Assembly: GCA_049799515.1 (NCBI GenBank) | Contig: JBARIA010000018.1 | Span: forward strand, 1-63,782 | Length of the DNA: 63,782 nt | Direction of reading: 5' to 3' | Source of the DNA: Candidatus Dormiibacterota bacterium | GTDB taxonomy: Bacteria > Chloroflexota > Dormibacteria > Aeolococcales > Bog-877 | Shown here: one piece after another, positions 8,991 through 20,941 of the stretch | Position numbering within the stretch: the stretch's first letter is position 1 | How the letters are laid out: each line of letters starts with the position of its first letter | Program-made: the position numbers and the translations under genes | The notes under the pieces: model-generated | What the model was told of the DNA's origin: nothing | The model's database searches: none | The model's input: the letters and a program-made list of their open reading frames with translations, nothing else

Positions 8991-9994
8991 CAATTGTCCC
9001 CTGTTCCGGGCTGCGCCAGCGGAGGCGTGGGATTCACTCCCCCGAGTAAACCACGGTCGGTGGCGCCGGTGGTTCTGGCCGAGCCGGCGTCAGCCGCGGC
9101 CAGCCAGCCGATCGTCGCCAGGATCACCACCGTAGACCAGGTGGCGGACCCCAGCGCCAGATGCAGGTCCTGGAGCCCCTCGGGGGCCTGAAGGGTGGCC
9201 ACCAAACCCCCGGCGGCGATCTGTGCCAGCAGCAGGACGGCCAGGAGGTCGGCTATCGGCCGCGCCCCTTTGATGTTGCGCCATCGCCGAGCCGCATGCA
9301 TCACCAGGAGCGCGATCAGGATGGTCGCTATCAGCACTGTCAGCCGGTGGACGTCCTGAATTATCACCAACTGCTGGGGCTGACCTCCGGAGGATGAGCA
9401 GCCGGGCCAGGAGGGGCAGGCGTAGGCCGCTCCCCCGTCGACCACCAGGGAACCGGACATCATCACCACGAAGGTGGCGCCCACCGCCCACCAGGCTCGG
9501 GGCGTGACCCGTCTACCGGCGGAGGGTCTTCGCGCGACCAGAGTGGCGACCACGGTGACCCAGACCACCCCCAACAGGATCATCGCCGTGAGCAGGTGCA
9601 GGGCAACTGTGATCGGGGCGTTGTGGGTGATCACGGTGATCGCCCCCAGGATGATCTGGATGACGATGATCACCAGGGCCGCCAGGGCGGGCCACAGGAT
9701 CGCCGGACGGCGGCGGGCATAGCGCCATGCGAAAAGCGCGGTGAGGACCACGAAGACGGTGACCAGCGATACCAGATATCGGTGCGACTGCTCCAGGATC
9801 GAGTGGAAGTTGTCGACCGGGCCCAACTGTCCATAGCAGAGTGGCCAGCCAGGGCAGCCCATCCCCGACTCGGTGACCCTGACCGTGCTGCCCAAGATCA
9901 CCAAGAAGTAGGTGAGCACTCCGGTCACGATCGCCAGGATCGGCAGCAACCAGGCGAACCGGAGGGTGCGCTCCCCCACGGGGTTTCCGCTCAA
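8990..9994 (-). CDS. ctaA: heme A synthase (COX15/CtaA family)
   Basis: 334 aa, eight-helix pattern, with GCPGWPLC, HRYLV and HRLTV/LHLALG histidine-bearing helices typical of CtaA. 4-nt overlap with ctaD. Confidence 0.85.
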   Translation of the reverse strand: MSGNPVGERTLRFAWLLPILAIVTGVLTYFLVILGSTVRVTESGMGCPGWPLCYGQLGPVDNFHSILEQSHRYLVSLVTVFVVLTALFAWRYARRRPAILWPALAALVIIVIQIILGAITVITHNAPITVALHLLTAMILLGVVWVTVVATLVARRPSAGRRVTPRAWWAVGATFVVMMSGSLVVDGGAAYACPSWPGCSSSGGQPQQLVIIQDVHRLTVLIATILIALLVMHAARRWRNIKGARPIADLLAVLLLAQIAAGGLVATLQAPEGLQDLHLALGSATWSTVVILATIGWLAAADAGSARTTGATDRGLLGGVNPTPPLAQPGTGDN

Positions 9995-11649
9995 GGGAGC
10001 ACGGTGCCAGGTGGATTAATCTGGTGTCCGGACAGCCGCAGGTCGCGCAGCGGACGGTCGCTGTTGATCGGCGGCAGGTCGTCGAAATTGTGTGGCGGCG
10101 GCGGAGAGGTGGTGTACCACTCCAAGGAGTTGCCTTCCCAGGGGTCGTTGGGCGCGGTCTTGGGACCGTGCAGGGAGAGCACCACGTTGTAGAGGAAGAC
10201 CAGGATCGCTAGCGCGATGATGAAGGACCCAATGGTTGAGGTGAGGTTGAGCGCACCCCAGCCCCGGTCGACGCCGTAGGTCGCAATCCGGCGGGGCATC
10301 CCCAGCACCCCTAGGAAGTGCATGGGCATGAAGGTAACGTTGAAACCGATGATCAGCAGCCAGAAGTGCCACTTGCCCAGCCGTTCACTGAGAAAGCGAC
10401 CGAAGATCTTGGGCCACCAGTAATAAAGACCGGCGAAGACGGCAAACAGAGAACCGCCCACCAGCACGTAATGGATGTGGGCGACTACCCAGTAGGTCCC
10501 GTTGAGCTCGTAATCGATTCCCAAAGAGGCCAGGAAAACGCCGTCCAATCCACCGATCAGGAACATCAATATGAATCCCACGGCGAAGAGCATCGAGGCA
10601 GAGAAACGGATCGAGCCGCCCCACAGAGTTCCCAGCCAGTTGAAAATCTTGACCCCAGTTGGTATCGCGATGATCATCGTGGTCGCCATGAAGAAGACCT
10701 GGACCGGTACTGGCAACCCCACGGTGAACATGTGGTGGGCGAAGACCATGAAGCCCAGCACTCCGATGGCCGCCATGGAGACGGCCATGGCCCGGTAGCC
10801 GAAGATCGGTTTACGGGTGAATACCGGCAGTATCTCCGAGATCAGCCCGAATCCAGGCAGAATCATGATGTACACCGCCGGGTGGGAATAGAACCAGAAG
10901 ATCAGCTGGTAGAGAACCGCGTTTCCGCCGGAGGAGGGGTTGAAGAAGTTGGTCCCCAGCTGGCGATCCAACAGCACCATGGCCAGGGCGGCGGCGAGAA
11001 ACGGCGAGGCCAGCAGCACCAGCGCAGAGGTGACCTCCATCGACCACACGAAGAGGGGGATCCGGAACCAGGTCATCCCCGGCGCCCGCATTCGATGAAT
11101 GGTCACCAGGAAGTTGACCGCTCCCATCACCGAGGAGACGCCCAGGATGTGCAGTCCCAGGATCCAGAGGTCCTGTCCCACCTGCGGTGTGTAGAGCTTT
11201 TCAGCGAGGGGAACGTAACCAGTCCAGCCGTCAGAGGCGGCACCTCCGGGGAGCAGGAAACCGCTGTACATGACCATCCCGCCCAGCGGCACCAGCCAGA
11301 AGGCGAATGCGTTGATGCGCGGAAAGGCCATGTCCTTGGCCCCGATCATCAAGGGCACCATGAAATTGCCGAACGCGCTCCAGACCGGGATCACGAAGAG
11401 AAAGATCATCGTGGTCCCATGCATGGTGAAGAGCTGGTCGTACTGCTGAGCGGTGAGCAGAGTGTTGTTGGGCTCAGCCAGCTGAGTACGAATCAGCAGG
11501 GCCATCAAGCCGCCGATGCAGAAGAAGAAGAAGGTGGTGAAGAAGTAGAGAATCGCGATGCGCTTGTGATCGGTGGTGGTAACCCACTCCCACACTTTCC
11601 CGTAGGAACGGGGGACCGGCCGAGTGAGGGGGAGGTCAGCGGTGCTCAT
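9991..11649 (-). CDS. ctaD: cytochrome c oxidase subunit I
   Basis: 552 aa with canonical heme-copper oxidase motifs (WFYSHPAVYIMILPGFG, VWAHHMFT-like FAHHMFTVG, HFLGVLGMPRR). Confidence 0.95.
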   Translation of the reverse strand: MSTADLPLTRPVPRSYGKVWEWVTTTDHKRIAILYFFTTFFFFCIGGLMALLIRTQLAEPNNTLLTAQQYDQLFTMHGTTMIFLFVIPVWSAFGNFMVPLMIGAKDMAFPRINAFAFWLVPLGGMVMYSGFLLPGGAASDGWTGYVPLAEKLYTPQVGQDLWILGLHILGVSSVMGAVNFLVTIHRMRAPGMTWFRIPLFVWSMEVTSALVLLASPFLAAALAMVLLDRQLGTNFFNPSSGGNAVLYQLIFWFYSHPAVYIMILPGFGLISEILPVFTRKPIFGYRAMAVSMAAIGVLGFMVFAHHMFTVGLPVPVQVFFMATTMIIAIPTGVKIFNWLGTLWGGSIRFSASMLFAVGFILMFLIGGLDGVFLASLGIDYELNGTYWVVAHIHYVLVGGSLFAVFAGLYYWWPKIFGRFLSERLGKWHFWLLIIGFNVTFMPMHFLGVLGMPRRIATYGVDRGWGALNLTSTIGSFIIALAILVFLYNVVLSLHGPKTAPNDPWEGNSLEWYTTSPPPPHNFDDLPPINSDRPLRDLRLSGHQINPPGTVLP

Positions 11650-11666
11650 TAATCCTCACTACCGTT

Positions 11667-12410
11667 TCAGGAAAGACTGCCGATATAACTCTTGTACTGG
11701 GTCATCGAAACCACCTTGACCGTGATCAGCATCGTGTCGTGGCCGACCCCGCAGAACTCGTAGCACTGGCCTTGGAAGGTGCCCGTCTGACTGGCCTCAA
11801 TGAAGGCGCGATTGGTGATTCCCGGCAGAGCATCGATCTTGGCTCCCAGCGCCGGCACCCAGAAGCCGTGAATGACATCCTTGGAGATGGTGGTCAAGTC
11901 GATGGGGGTGTTGACCGGGATCTCCATGGTGCGGATCGAGCTCTTGCCGTTGGAGTAGGTGAATGTCCAGTAGAACTGCTGCCCGGTGACGTGGATGGCG
12001 ACCGGGTCACGGCCGGCCGGCGTCGCCGAGCTGGGGCCGTAGCGCAGGTAGTTGACGTTGACGACATTGAGAATGAAGAGCGCGAAGAGCAGCACCGCCG
12101 GGCCGATGATCCAGGCCCGCTCCAGCCGCTTGTTGCCGCTGATCTGGCGGGGCATCTCGTCGTCCGAACGTCTTCTGAAGCGGAAGCAGGCGTAGAGGAT
12201 GGCGCCACCAACCCCCAGTAGGACCACGATCGAGCAGGCCAGGAAGACGTAGAAGAGCATGTCGATCGTCCGGGCCGGGGGGCCGCCGGGATTCAGAAAG
12301 TTGGTGTTGGCCGCCAACACCGGGGAGAAGGTCAGGATGCCCGCCCCGAGGATGCCGAGCGAGGTTGCGACGAGCAGCTTTCCGCCGAGGTGGGCGCCTC
12401 TGGTCTTCAA
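11667..12410 (-). CDS. ctaC: cytochrome c oxidase subunit II
   Basis: CuA site CYEFCGVGHDTM, plus HGFWVPALGAKIDALPG. The track ORF extends to 12770 and would run into the aconitase gene. TTG at 12410 is preceded by GGAGG with a 5-nt spacer and yields a signal-peptide-like N-terminus (KTRGAHLGGKLLVATSLGILGAGIL), so it is preferred. Confidence 0.88.
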   Translation of the reverse strand: MKTRGAHLGGKLLVATSLGILGAGILTFSPVLAANTNFLNPGGPPARTIDMLFYVFLACSIVVLLGVGGAILYACFRFRRRSDDEMPRQISGNKRLERAWIIGPAVLLFALFILNVVNVNYLRYGPSSATPAGRDPVAIHVTGQQFYWTFTYSNGKSSIRTMEIPVNTPIDLTTISKDVIHGFWVPALGAKIDALPGITNRAFIEASQTGTFQGQCYEFCGVGHDTMLITVKVVSMTQYKSYIGSLS

Positions 12411-12593
12411 CCGGTCCTCCGCAACTCCCCGTGCCTGGTCCCGACCGGGTTGACCGTGGGACCCGCGCCAAAAGGCGACTCGAGTATGGCCACCGGCTGA
12501 TCTCACTGTCAAACGGCAGGAGTTGGAGGGGCCCGGACCGGGGCGAACTAAGATGGGGCAGTCGCCGTTGGGACTGAGAATGGTGGAGGCAGC

Positions 12594-15266
<2,673 letters not shown>

Positions 15267-15273
15267 GCGGGCG

Positions 15274-16311
15274 GTGACCGCTACCCACATCAGCTCGCCG
15301 GTGGAGAGGGTGCTCCAGGGCCCGGGATCCGCCCGATCCCTGCCCGAGGAGCTGGACCGGCTGGGGGCCGTCCGGGTGGTGATGGTCAGCTCAGCGACCC
15401 TGGCGAGGGAGACCCCACTGATCTCGGAGTTGGAACAGGCGATCGGATCGCGCCACCAGGCGACCTTCACCAAGCTGAGTCAGCACACCCCCCAACAGGC
15501 GGTCGGGGAGCTGGCCCAGCTGCTACGGGAGCTCCGCTGTGACGGGGTGGTGAGTGTCGGCGGGGGCAGCGTGATCGACGGCTGCAAAGCGGCGCTCCAT
15601 GAGGTCAGTGCCGAGGCCGCGATCCACCTCGCCATCCCCACCACCTTGTCCGGAGCGGAGTTCACCGGCAGCGCCGGGATAACCGATGGCCCGACCCGCC
15701 AGAAGCGAAGCATCGCTGACCGCAGCACGGCCCCCCGGGTGGTGATTCTGGATCCCGAGGTCACCCTTCCCACCCCTGACCGGCTCTGGCTCGGCAGCGG
15801 CATCCGGGCGGTCGATCATGCGATCGAGACGGTTTGGTCCCCCGTTCAGGACCCCCTCAGCATCTACCTGGCGCTGGAGGCGCTCCGCAGGCTGCGGTCA
15901 GCCCTGCCCCGGTGTCGCCGCGAGCCCGGGGATGTCAGCGCCCGCCACCAAGCCCAGGTAGCCGGGTGGTGGGCGGCCCTGGGACTGGCATCGGTGCCGA
16001 TGGGCCCCAGCCACTCTCTGGGCAAGCTGTTGGGAGCGCCATTTGGGATACCCCACGGCATCACATCCTGCGTCCTGCTGCCGCCCGTGATCCAGGAGAT
16101 CGCCGAACGCGAGCCAGACCGAGTGGCCCCACTCGCCGAGGCGTTTGAGGTCGAGGGGCCCCGCAGCGTAGCCGACGCCTGTCGCCGGTTGATTGCCGAA
16201 CTGGACCTGCCGACTTCACTTTCGGGAGCAGGCCTCAGCGACCGCGACCTCGCGGTCTACCTGGAAACTGTGCCGCCCGAGTGGCGCCAGGTGGTCCGCG
16301 CGGCCTACTGA
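15274..16311 (+). CDS. iron-containing alcohol dehydrogenase family protein (maleylacetate reductase-like)
   Basis: The track ORF starts inside acnA. GTG at 15274 is in frame just after the acnA stop. VVSVGGGSVIDGCKA and the GPSHSLGKLLGAPFGIPHG metal-site histidines fit the Fe-ADH family. Confidence 0.8.
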   Translation: MTATHISSPVERVLQGPGSARSLPEELDRLGAVRVVMVSSATLARETPLISELEQAIGSRHQATFTKLSQHTPQQAVGELAQLLRELRCDGVVSVGGGSVIDGCKAALHEVSAEAAIHLAIPTTLSGAEFTGSAGITDGPTRQKRSIADRSTAPRVVILDPEVTLPTPDRLWLGSGIRAVDHAIETVWSPVQDPLSIYLALEALRRLRSALPRCRREPGDVSARHQAQVAGWWAALGLASVPMGPSHSLGKLLGAPFGIPHGITSCVLLPPVIQEIAEREPDRVAPLAEAFEVEGPRSVADACRRLIAELDLPTSLSGAGLSDRDLAVYLETVPPEWRQVVRAAY

Positions 16312-16575
16312 CATGCGCTGCCCGGAAGCTGCCGGGGTGGCCGGGCATTTCGGCCGATCGCCGAGAACCTGACCCGGCGCTGGCAACCCCGACCCTGCGG
16401 GCCCTGGTCCAGCACAGGTGCGCCGCCAGTCTGGGTGAGTCGCGTCGCTTGAAATGCCACGGCTCGCCGGTGGCGCGGGCCGGTGCCTATGCGAATCCGC
16501 CTCCCAGGTTGGCACCAACCGGGTGGCCGCTCACCTGGTTTGGCAAGCCGAGCCACTTCCCCGAGGTGGCTGATA

Positions 16576-16604
16576 TTGACAGAGATAACGAGAGTGATTA
16601 TCAT
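16576..16604 (+). promoter_or_regulatory. sigma-70-like promoter of the metal-uptake operon
   Basis: TTGACA (16576-16581), a 17-nt spacer, then TATCAT (16599-16604), about 50 nt upstream of the substrate-binding-protein start. It is an AT-rich patch in otherwise GC-rich DNA. Confidence 0.65.
16584..16602. promoter_or_regulatory. Fur-family (Zur-like) operator overlapping the spacer and -10
   Basis: GATAACGAGAGTGATTATC matches 15 of 19 positions of the classical Fur box GATAATGATAATCATTATC, with palindromic GATAA/TTATC arms. The operon ends with a Fur-family regulator gene. Confidence 0.65.
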
Positions 16605-16653
16605 TCGCGCCTGTGAAGTGGAACCTCAGCAGGTCACGTCCGGGACAAGTTGA

Positions 16654-17604
16654 GTGAGCAGGCTGACCGACAGCCGGGATCCGGTGGCTCTGGGCACTCT
16701 GAGTCTGCTGGTGGCGCTAGCCGCCACTTCATGTTGCACTGGACTTGTGGTGCAGGCCTCGTCTACCAACCGGACCAGCAAGATCGTGGCCGTGGGTGCT
16801 GAGAACGAATACGCCAACGTGATCGGCCAGGTGGGTGGAAGGTACGTGACAGTCGCAGCCGTCATGAGCAACCCCAACACCGACCCCCATACCTTCGAGG
16901 CGAGTCCGAAGGTGGCCGAGATGGTTAGTGCGGCCGAGCTGGTGGTGCAGAACGGCCTGGGCTATGACGCCTTCATGAACAAGATTGAAGCGGCCTCGCC
17001 CAACAGTCGGCGCAAGGTGATTGAGGTCCAGAACCTCCTGGGTCTGCCGTCGAACACTCCCAACCCACACCTTTGGTACAAGCCGACCACGATGCCGGCC
17101 GTCGCCAAGGCGGTGGCCAGTGACCTGGGAAAGCTCGAGCCCGCCCACGCCGTCTACTTCCGCGCCCGGGCAAGGACGTTCGACCAGTCCTTGACGCCCT
17201 GGTACCGGGTCATCGCCCAGATCAAGGCCAAGTTTCCCAAGGTAGCGGTGGCAACCACCGAGCCGGTGGGTGACTACCTGCTCCAGGCGGTGGGAGCCGA
17301 TAACCGCACGCCTTGGACGCTGCAGGCCGACATCATGAATGGGGTGGATCCCTCGCCACAGGAGGTGACCTTCCAGGACAACTTGTTCAAGCAGCACCGG
17401 GTCAAGGCTTTCCTTTACAACCAGCAGGTGACCGATTCCTTGACGGCTGCCTTCCTGGCCCTGGCCAAGCAAAACCGGGTCCCCGTGGTTGGGGTCTACG
17501 AGACGATGCCCACCCCGGGCTATGACTACCAGACCTGGATGATCGCCGAGGCCAAGGCCCTAGACCGGGCCCTCGCCGACCAGCAATCGACCACCCGGCT
17601 GTAG
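16654..17604 (+). CDS. metal ABC transporter substrate-binding lipoprotein (ZnuA/TroA family)
   Basis: 316 aa. Lipobox-like LAATSC, then IVAVGAENEYANVIGQVGG..NPNTDPHTFEASPK, typical of cluster A-I metal-binding proteins. Confidence 0.9.
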   Translation: MSRLTDSRDPVALGTLSLLVALAATSCCTGLVVQASSTNRTSKIVAVGAENEYANVIGQVGGRYVTVAAVMSNPNTDPHTFEASPKVAEMVSAAELVVQNGLGYDAFMNKIEAASPNSRRKVIEVQNLLGLPSNTPNPHLWYKPTTMPAVAKAVASDLGKLEPAHAVYFRARARTFDQSLTPWYRVIAQIKAKFPKVAVATTEPVGDYLLQAVGADNRTPWTLQADIMNGVDPSPQEVTFQDNLFKQHRVKAFLYNQQVTDSLTAAFLALAKQNRVPVVGVYETMPTPGYDYQTWMIAEAKALDRALADQQSTTRL

Positions 17605-17609
17605 CGGAG

Positions 17610-18452
17610 GTGGATCCCACCCGGGTCAGCGGCGAAGAGGTCCTCAAGCTGGAAGGTATCTCCGTCTGGCTATCCGGTCGCCAGGTGTTGCGCGAGATCA
17701 GCTTCACCCTTCAGGCGGCTGAGATGACCGGCCTGATCGGGTCCAACGGGGCCGGCAAGACCACTATTTTCCGAGTGATCCTAGGCCTCCAGCGCGCCAG
17801 CGCGGGCCGCGTCTGGATCAGCGGCCGTGAACGCCCCGGGCGGCACCCTGCCATCGGCTACGTTCCCCAGACCGTGGCGCTGGATCCCGACATGCCATTG
17901 CGGGCACGCGACGTGGTCGGACTGGGTCTTGATGGTCAGCGAATCGGGATACCCCTTCCCTCGCGACAGCGGAGGCAACTAATCGACGAGATGCTCCAGG
18001 CTGTCGATGCCACCGACTTCGCCGACGCGCGAGTGGGTCGTCTCTCCGGCGGTGAGCAGCGCCGGATCCTGATCGCCCACGCGCTGATCAGCCGACCCGC
18101 CCTGCTGCTCCTCGACGAGCCTCTGATCAATCTGGATATTCGAAGTGAGCACGAGGTGGTGGAACTTCTCTCCCGGATCGCCAGGGAGCAGCGGATCGCG
18201 GTGCTCATCTCCGCCCATGACATGAACCCCTTGCTCCCGGCCATGGATCGAATCGTCTACGTGGCCGGAGGCAGGGCAGCGAGCGGGAGCACTGACGAGG
18301 TGGTCCAGACCGAGGTTCTGAGCAAGCTCTACGGGCGCCAAGTCGACGTGATCCGGCTTCGCAATCGAGTCCTGGTCGTCTCTGGTTCGGATGAGACCTC
18401 CCCCGCCGACCCTGAGCACGCGCACGCGATCGCTGACCCGGGCTTGGTCTGA
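17610..18452 (+). CDS. metal ABC transporter ATP-binding protein
   Basis: Walker A GSNGAGKTT, signature LSGGEQRR, Walker B LLLLDEP. Confidence 0.9.
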   Translation: MDPTRVSGEEVLKLEGISVWLSGRQVLREISFTLQAAEMTGLIGSNGAGKTTIFRVILGLQRASAGRVWISGRERPGRHPAIGYVPQTVALDPDMPLRARDVVGLGLDGQRIGIPLPSRQRRQLIDEMLQAVDATDFADARVGRLSGGEQRRILIAHALISRPALLLLDEPLINLDIRSEHEVVELLSRIAREQRIAVLISAHDMNPLLPAMDRIVYVAGGRAASGSTDEVVQTEVLSKLYGRQVDVIRLRNRVLVVSGSDETSPADPEHAHAIADPGLV

Positions 18453-18465
18453 GAGCGAGCAGCGG

Positions 18466-19368
18466 ATGGGATTCATCTTCGGCCCCGGTTTCTTTCAGAG
18501 TTCCCCAGTCCAGGTGGCCCTGACCGTCGGCTCGGTGGTAGCCGTGGTGTCGGGTGTGGTGGGGGTCTTCACCGTCATTCGGGGCCAGTCCTTCTCCGGC
18601 CACGCGCTGGCCGACCTCGGTGCCACCGGCGGGTCGGGCGCATTCCTGCTCGGAGTAAGCCAGCTCTGGGGATTTGTAGTCATTGCGGCAGTGGCCGCCG
18701 GCGCGATCGAGTTGGTCGGTCTGCGTCGGCCCCGGGGAAGGGACTTGGCCACCGGAATCGTGCTAGGTGCCGGTCTCGGGCTGGCGGCGCTGTTCCTCTA
18801 CCTGGACACCACCTCCAGCAATACCACCGGGGCCTCGATCACCATCCTCTTTGGCTCAATCTTCTCCATCGACAGCAGCCTGGTGCCGGTGATCGCTGGT
18901 TTGAGCGCGGTCTCTCTGGGCACTGTTCTGCTGCTGTATCGGATGCTGCTCTTCACTTCTCTGAGCCCGGACATGGCGGCCGCGCGGGCAGTGCCGGTCC
19001 GGGCGGTGGGAGTTGGCTACCTGATGGCACTGGCGCTGGCGGTCTCCCTCTCGGCCATGACCATCGGGGCGGTGCTCAGTACCGCCTTGTTGATCGGACC
19101 GGCGGCCTGCGCCCTCCGGTTGACCAAACGCCCGGGCCTGGCACTGGCGGTGGCGGCAGTGATTGGAGTAGTCGTCACCTGGGTGAGCGTGGTACTCGCC
19201 TACGACAGCTACTACTGGCCTCCCGGCGGCCGCGGCTGGCCAGTGAGCTTCTTCGTGGTGGCTCTGATCTTCACCGTTTATCTCCTCACCCTGGTGCCGA
19301 TTCACGGCCGGTTTTCAAAGCGGGAGTCAGGGCGAGCAGTCGGCGACGTGCGGCTGGCCGGTCGATAG
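18466..19368 (+). CDS. metal ABC transporter permease (ABC-3 family)
   Basis: Hydrophobic ABC-3-type permease. ATG at 18466 (MGFIFGPGFFQ) is chosen because the track start at 18391 overlaps the ATPase gene. Confidence 0.85.
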   Translation: MGFIFGPGFFQSSPVQVALTVGSVVAVVSGVVGVFTVIRGQSFSGHALADLGATGGSGAFLLGVSQLWGFVVIAAVAAGAIELVGLRRPRGRDLATGIVLGAGLGLAALFLYLDTTSSNTTGASITILFGSIFSIDSSLVPVIAGLSAVSLGTVLLLYRMLLFTSLSPDMAAARAVPVRAVGVGYLMALALAVSLSAMTIGAVLSTALLIGPAACALRLTKRPGLALAVAAVIGVVVTWVSVVLAYDSYYWPPGGRGWPVSFFVVALIFTVYLLTLVPIHGRFSKRESGRAVGDVRLAGR

Positions 19369-19373
19369 CTCCG

Positions 19374-20201
19374 ATGTTCTCCGGATTCATGGTCAACACC
19401 TGGCTGGCCGCAACCATGGTCGCGGTAGTGGCCGGCGTGCTCGGGTTCTTCATCGTCCTGCGCGGTGCCGCCTTCGTCGCCCACGCGGTGCCGAACGGGG
19501 CCTTCGCCGGGGCGGCGGCGGCGAGCCTGCTCGGGCTCAGCACCCTGCTGGGCTTGGGAACATTCGCGGTGGCCGGAGCACTGAGCATCAGCTGGCTCAG
19601 TCGGAGGGGGCGGCACGACGTGGTGACCGCGCTGGCTCTGGTCCTGATGCTGGGCCTAGGGGCGCTCTTTCTCAGCATGAGCGAGGAGTATGCCGAGGAG
19701 ATCTTCTCCCTCCTCTTCGGCGATGTGGTCGGCGTGAGCGGCGCGGAATTGTGGCCGATATTGGGGCTAGGGGTGGCCTGCGTGGCGGTGATCCTGGTCC
19801 TCTTCCGGCCACTCGTGCTCAGTTCGGTGATGCCTGAGGTGGCCGAGGCTCGGGGCGTCCGAGCCAGTCGGATGGAAGTCTGCTTCGTCCTGCTGGTGGC
19901 CTTAGCCACCACCATGACCGTGCCGATAGTCGGTGCTTTTCTGATGTTCAGCCTGATGGTCGCTCCGGCGGCGGCGGCCCGCTCGCTCACTGCTCGTCCC
20001 GCTATGGCGATGGGGCTGGCAGTGGGCATCGCCCTGGTGATCGTCTGGGTGGCCATCGCACTCTCGTATCTCTCGGCTTGGCCGATCGGATTCTTCGTGG
20101 GAATGCTTGGTGCGGGCTCCTATGGAGTCGCGCGCGGATGGGCCTCCTATTGGCAGCGGAAGCCGAACCACCAACGAATTGCGCTGGACCCGATCGGATG
20201 A
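19374..20201 (+). CDS. metal ABC transporter permease (ABC-3 family), second copy
   Basis: 275 aa, paralogous to the preceding permease (MFSGFMVNTWLAATMVAVVAGVLGFFIVLRGAAF). Confidence 0.85.
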   Translation: MFSGFMVNTWLAATMVAVVAGVLGFFIVLRGAAFVAHAVPNGAFAGAAAASLLGLSTLLGLGTFAVAGALSISWLSRRGRHDVVTALALVLMLGLGALFLSMSEEYAEEIFSLLFGDVVGVSGAELWPILGLGVACVAVILVLFRPLVLSSVMPEVAEARGVRASRMEVCFVLLVALATTMTVPIVGAFLMFSLMVAPAAAARSLTARPAMAMGLAVGIALVIVWVAIALSYLSAWPIGFFVGMLGAGSYGVARGWASYWQRKPNHQRIALDPIG

Positions 20202-20427
20202 ATCCAACCGTTTGGCAAGAGCTGCGACCAGAGGTCCTGTCAGCGGCGGCGAGAACTGTTGGGTTACCGGCCGCGATGTATCGGCTCCCGTTGTTCCTGG
20301 CAGCGAGTTACGAACTTGCCACAGTGGGCGGCGCGGCGAGCCAGGCCGTAATTGTCATCGGTCACGGCATCAAGTCCGCGCCGCTCGGCCACCGACCTCC
20401 GCACCCGACCGCGAGTACCTTTTGACC

Positions 20428-20919
20428 GTGACCAGCCGCAAGGATGCCGCCACCGGCCTGCGCTCGCCCGCTGCGCCCTCGGGCCCGGAGTCTGACGTAC
20501 ACGTTGGCGTCGGCAAGCGGCTGGCCCTGATCCGCCAGCGCTACACCGGAGGCCGGCGCCTTCTGGTGGAGGCGCTGATGCGAGCCGGGCGCCCGCTCAC
20601 CGTCACCGAGATAGTGGATGTCCGCCCGGCCCTGCCGCCCAGTACCGCCTACCGCAACCTGGCAGTGCTGGAGCAGGCCACGGTGGTGCGCCGGGTTCAG
20701 CTGAGTGGCGAATTCGCCCGCTACGAGCTGAGCGAGGAGCTGACCCACCATCACCACCATCTGGTCTGCGTCGACTGCGGCTCAGTGGTGGACGTGAATG
20801 CCCCGGCCGGCCTGGAGGCTGATGTCGCCGCGACTGCCAAGGAAGTGGCTAAGGCCGCCGGCTTCCGCCTGGAGAGTCACCGCCTGGACCTGATCGGTCA
20901 CTGCCGGACGTGCTCCTGA
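20428..20919 (+). CDS. Fur-family transcriptional regulator (Zur-like by context)
   Basis: Winged-helix part LTVTEIVDV...STAYRNLAVLEQATVV, then HHHHHLVCVDCG and a terminal CRTC metal-site pair. The track ORF starts inside the permease gene; in-frame GTG at 20428 or TTG at 20422 is preferred. Confidence 0.85.
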   Translation: MTSRKDAATGLRSPAAPSGPESDVHVGVGKRLALIRQRYTGGRRLLVEALMRAGRPLTVTEIVDVRPALPPSTAYRNLAVLEQATVVRRVQLSGEFARYELSEELTHHHHHLVCVDCGSVVDVNAPAGLEADVAATAKEVAKAAGFRLESHRLDLIGHCRTCS

Positions 20920-20941
20920 AGGTCCGCCCCGGGTCCTGGCG

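Noticed and set aside
10318-11652. 444-aa ORF antisense to ctaD. Similar long shadow ORFs occur at 36416-37867 and 37961-38902 (antisense leuS), 29308-30510, 51092-52153, 32366-33739, 55065-56174, 56008-56940 and 62944-63777.
   Set aside because: Each is overlapped by a gene with unmistakable family motifs in another frame. Their products are Arg/Gly/Pro/His-rich low-complexity strings typical of open non-coding frames in high-GC DNA.
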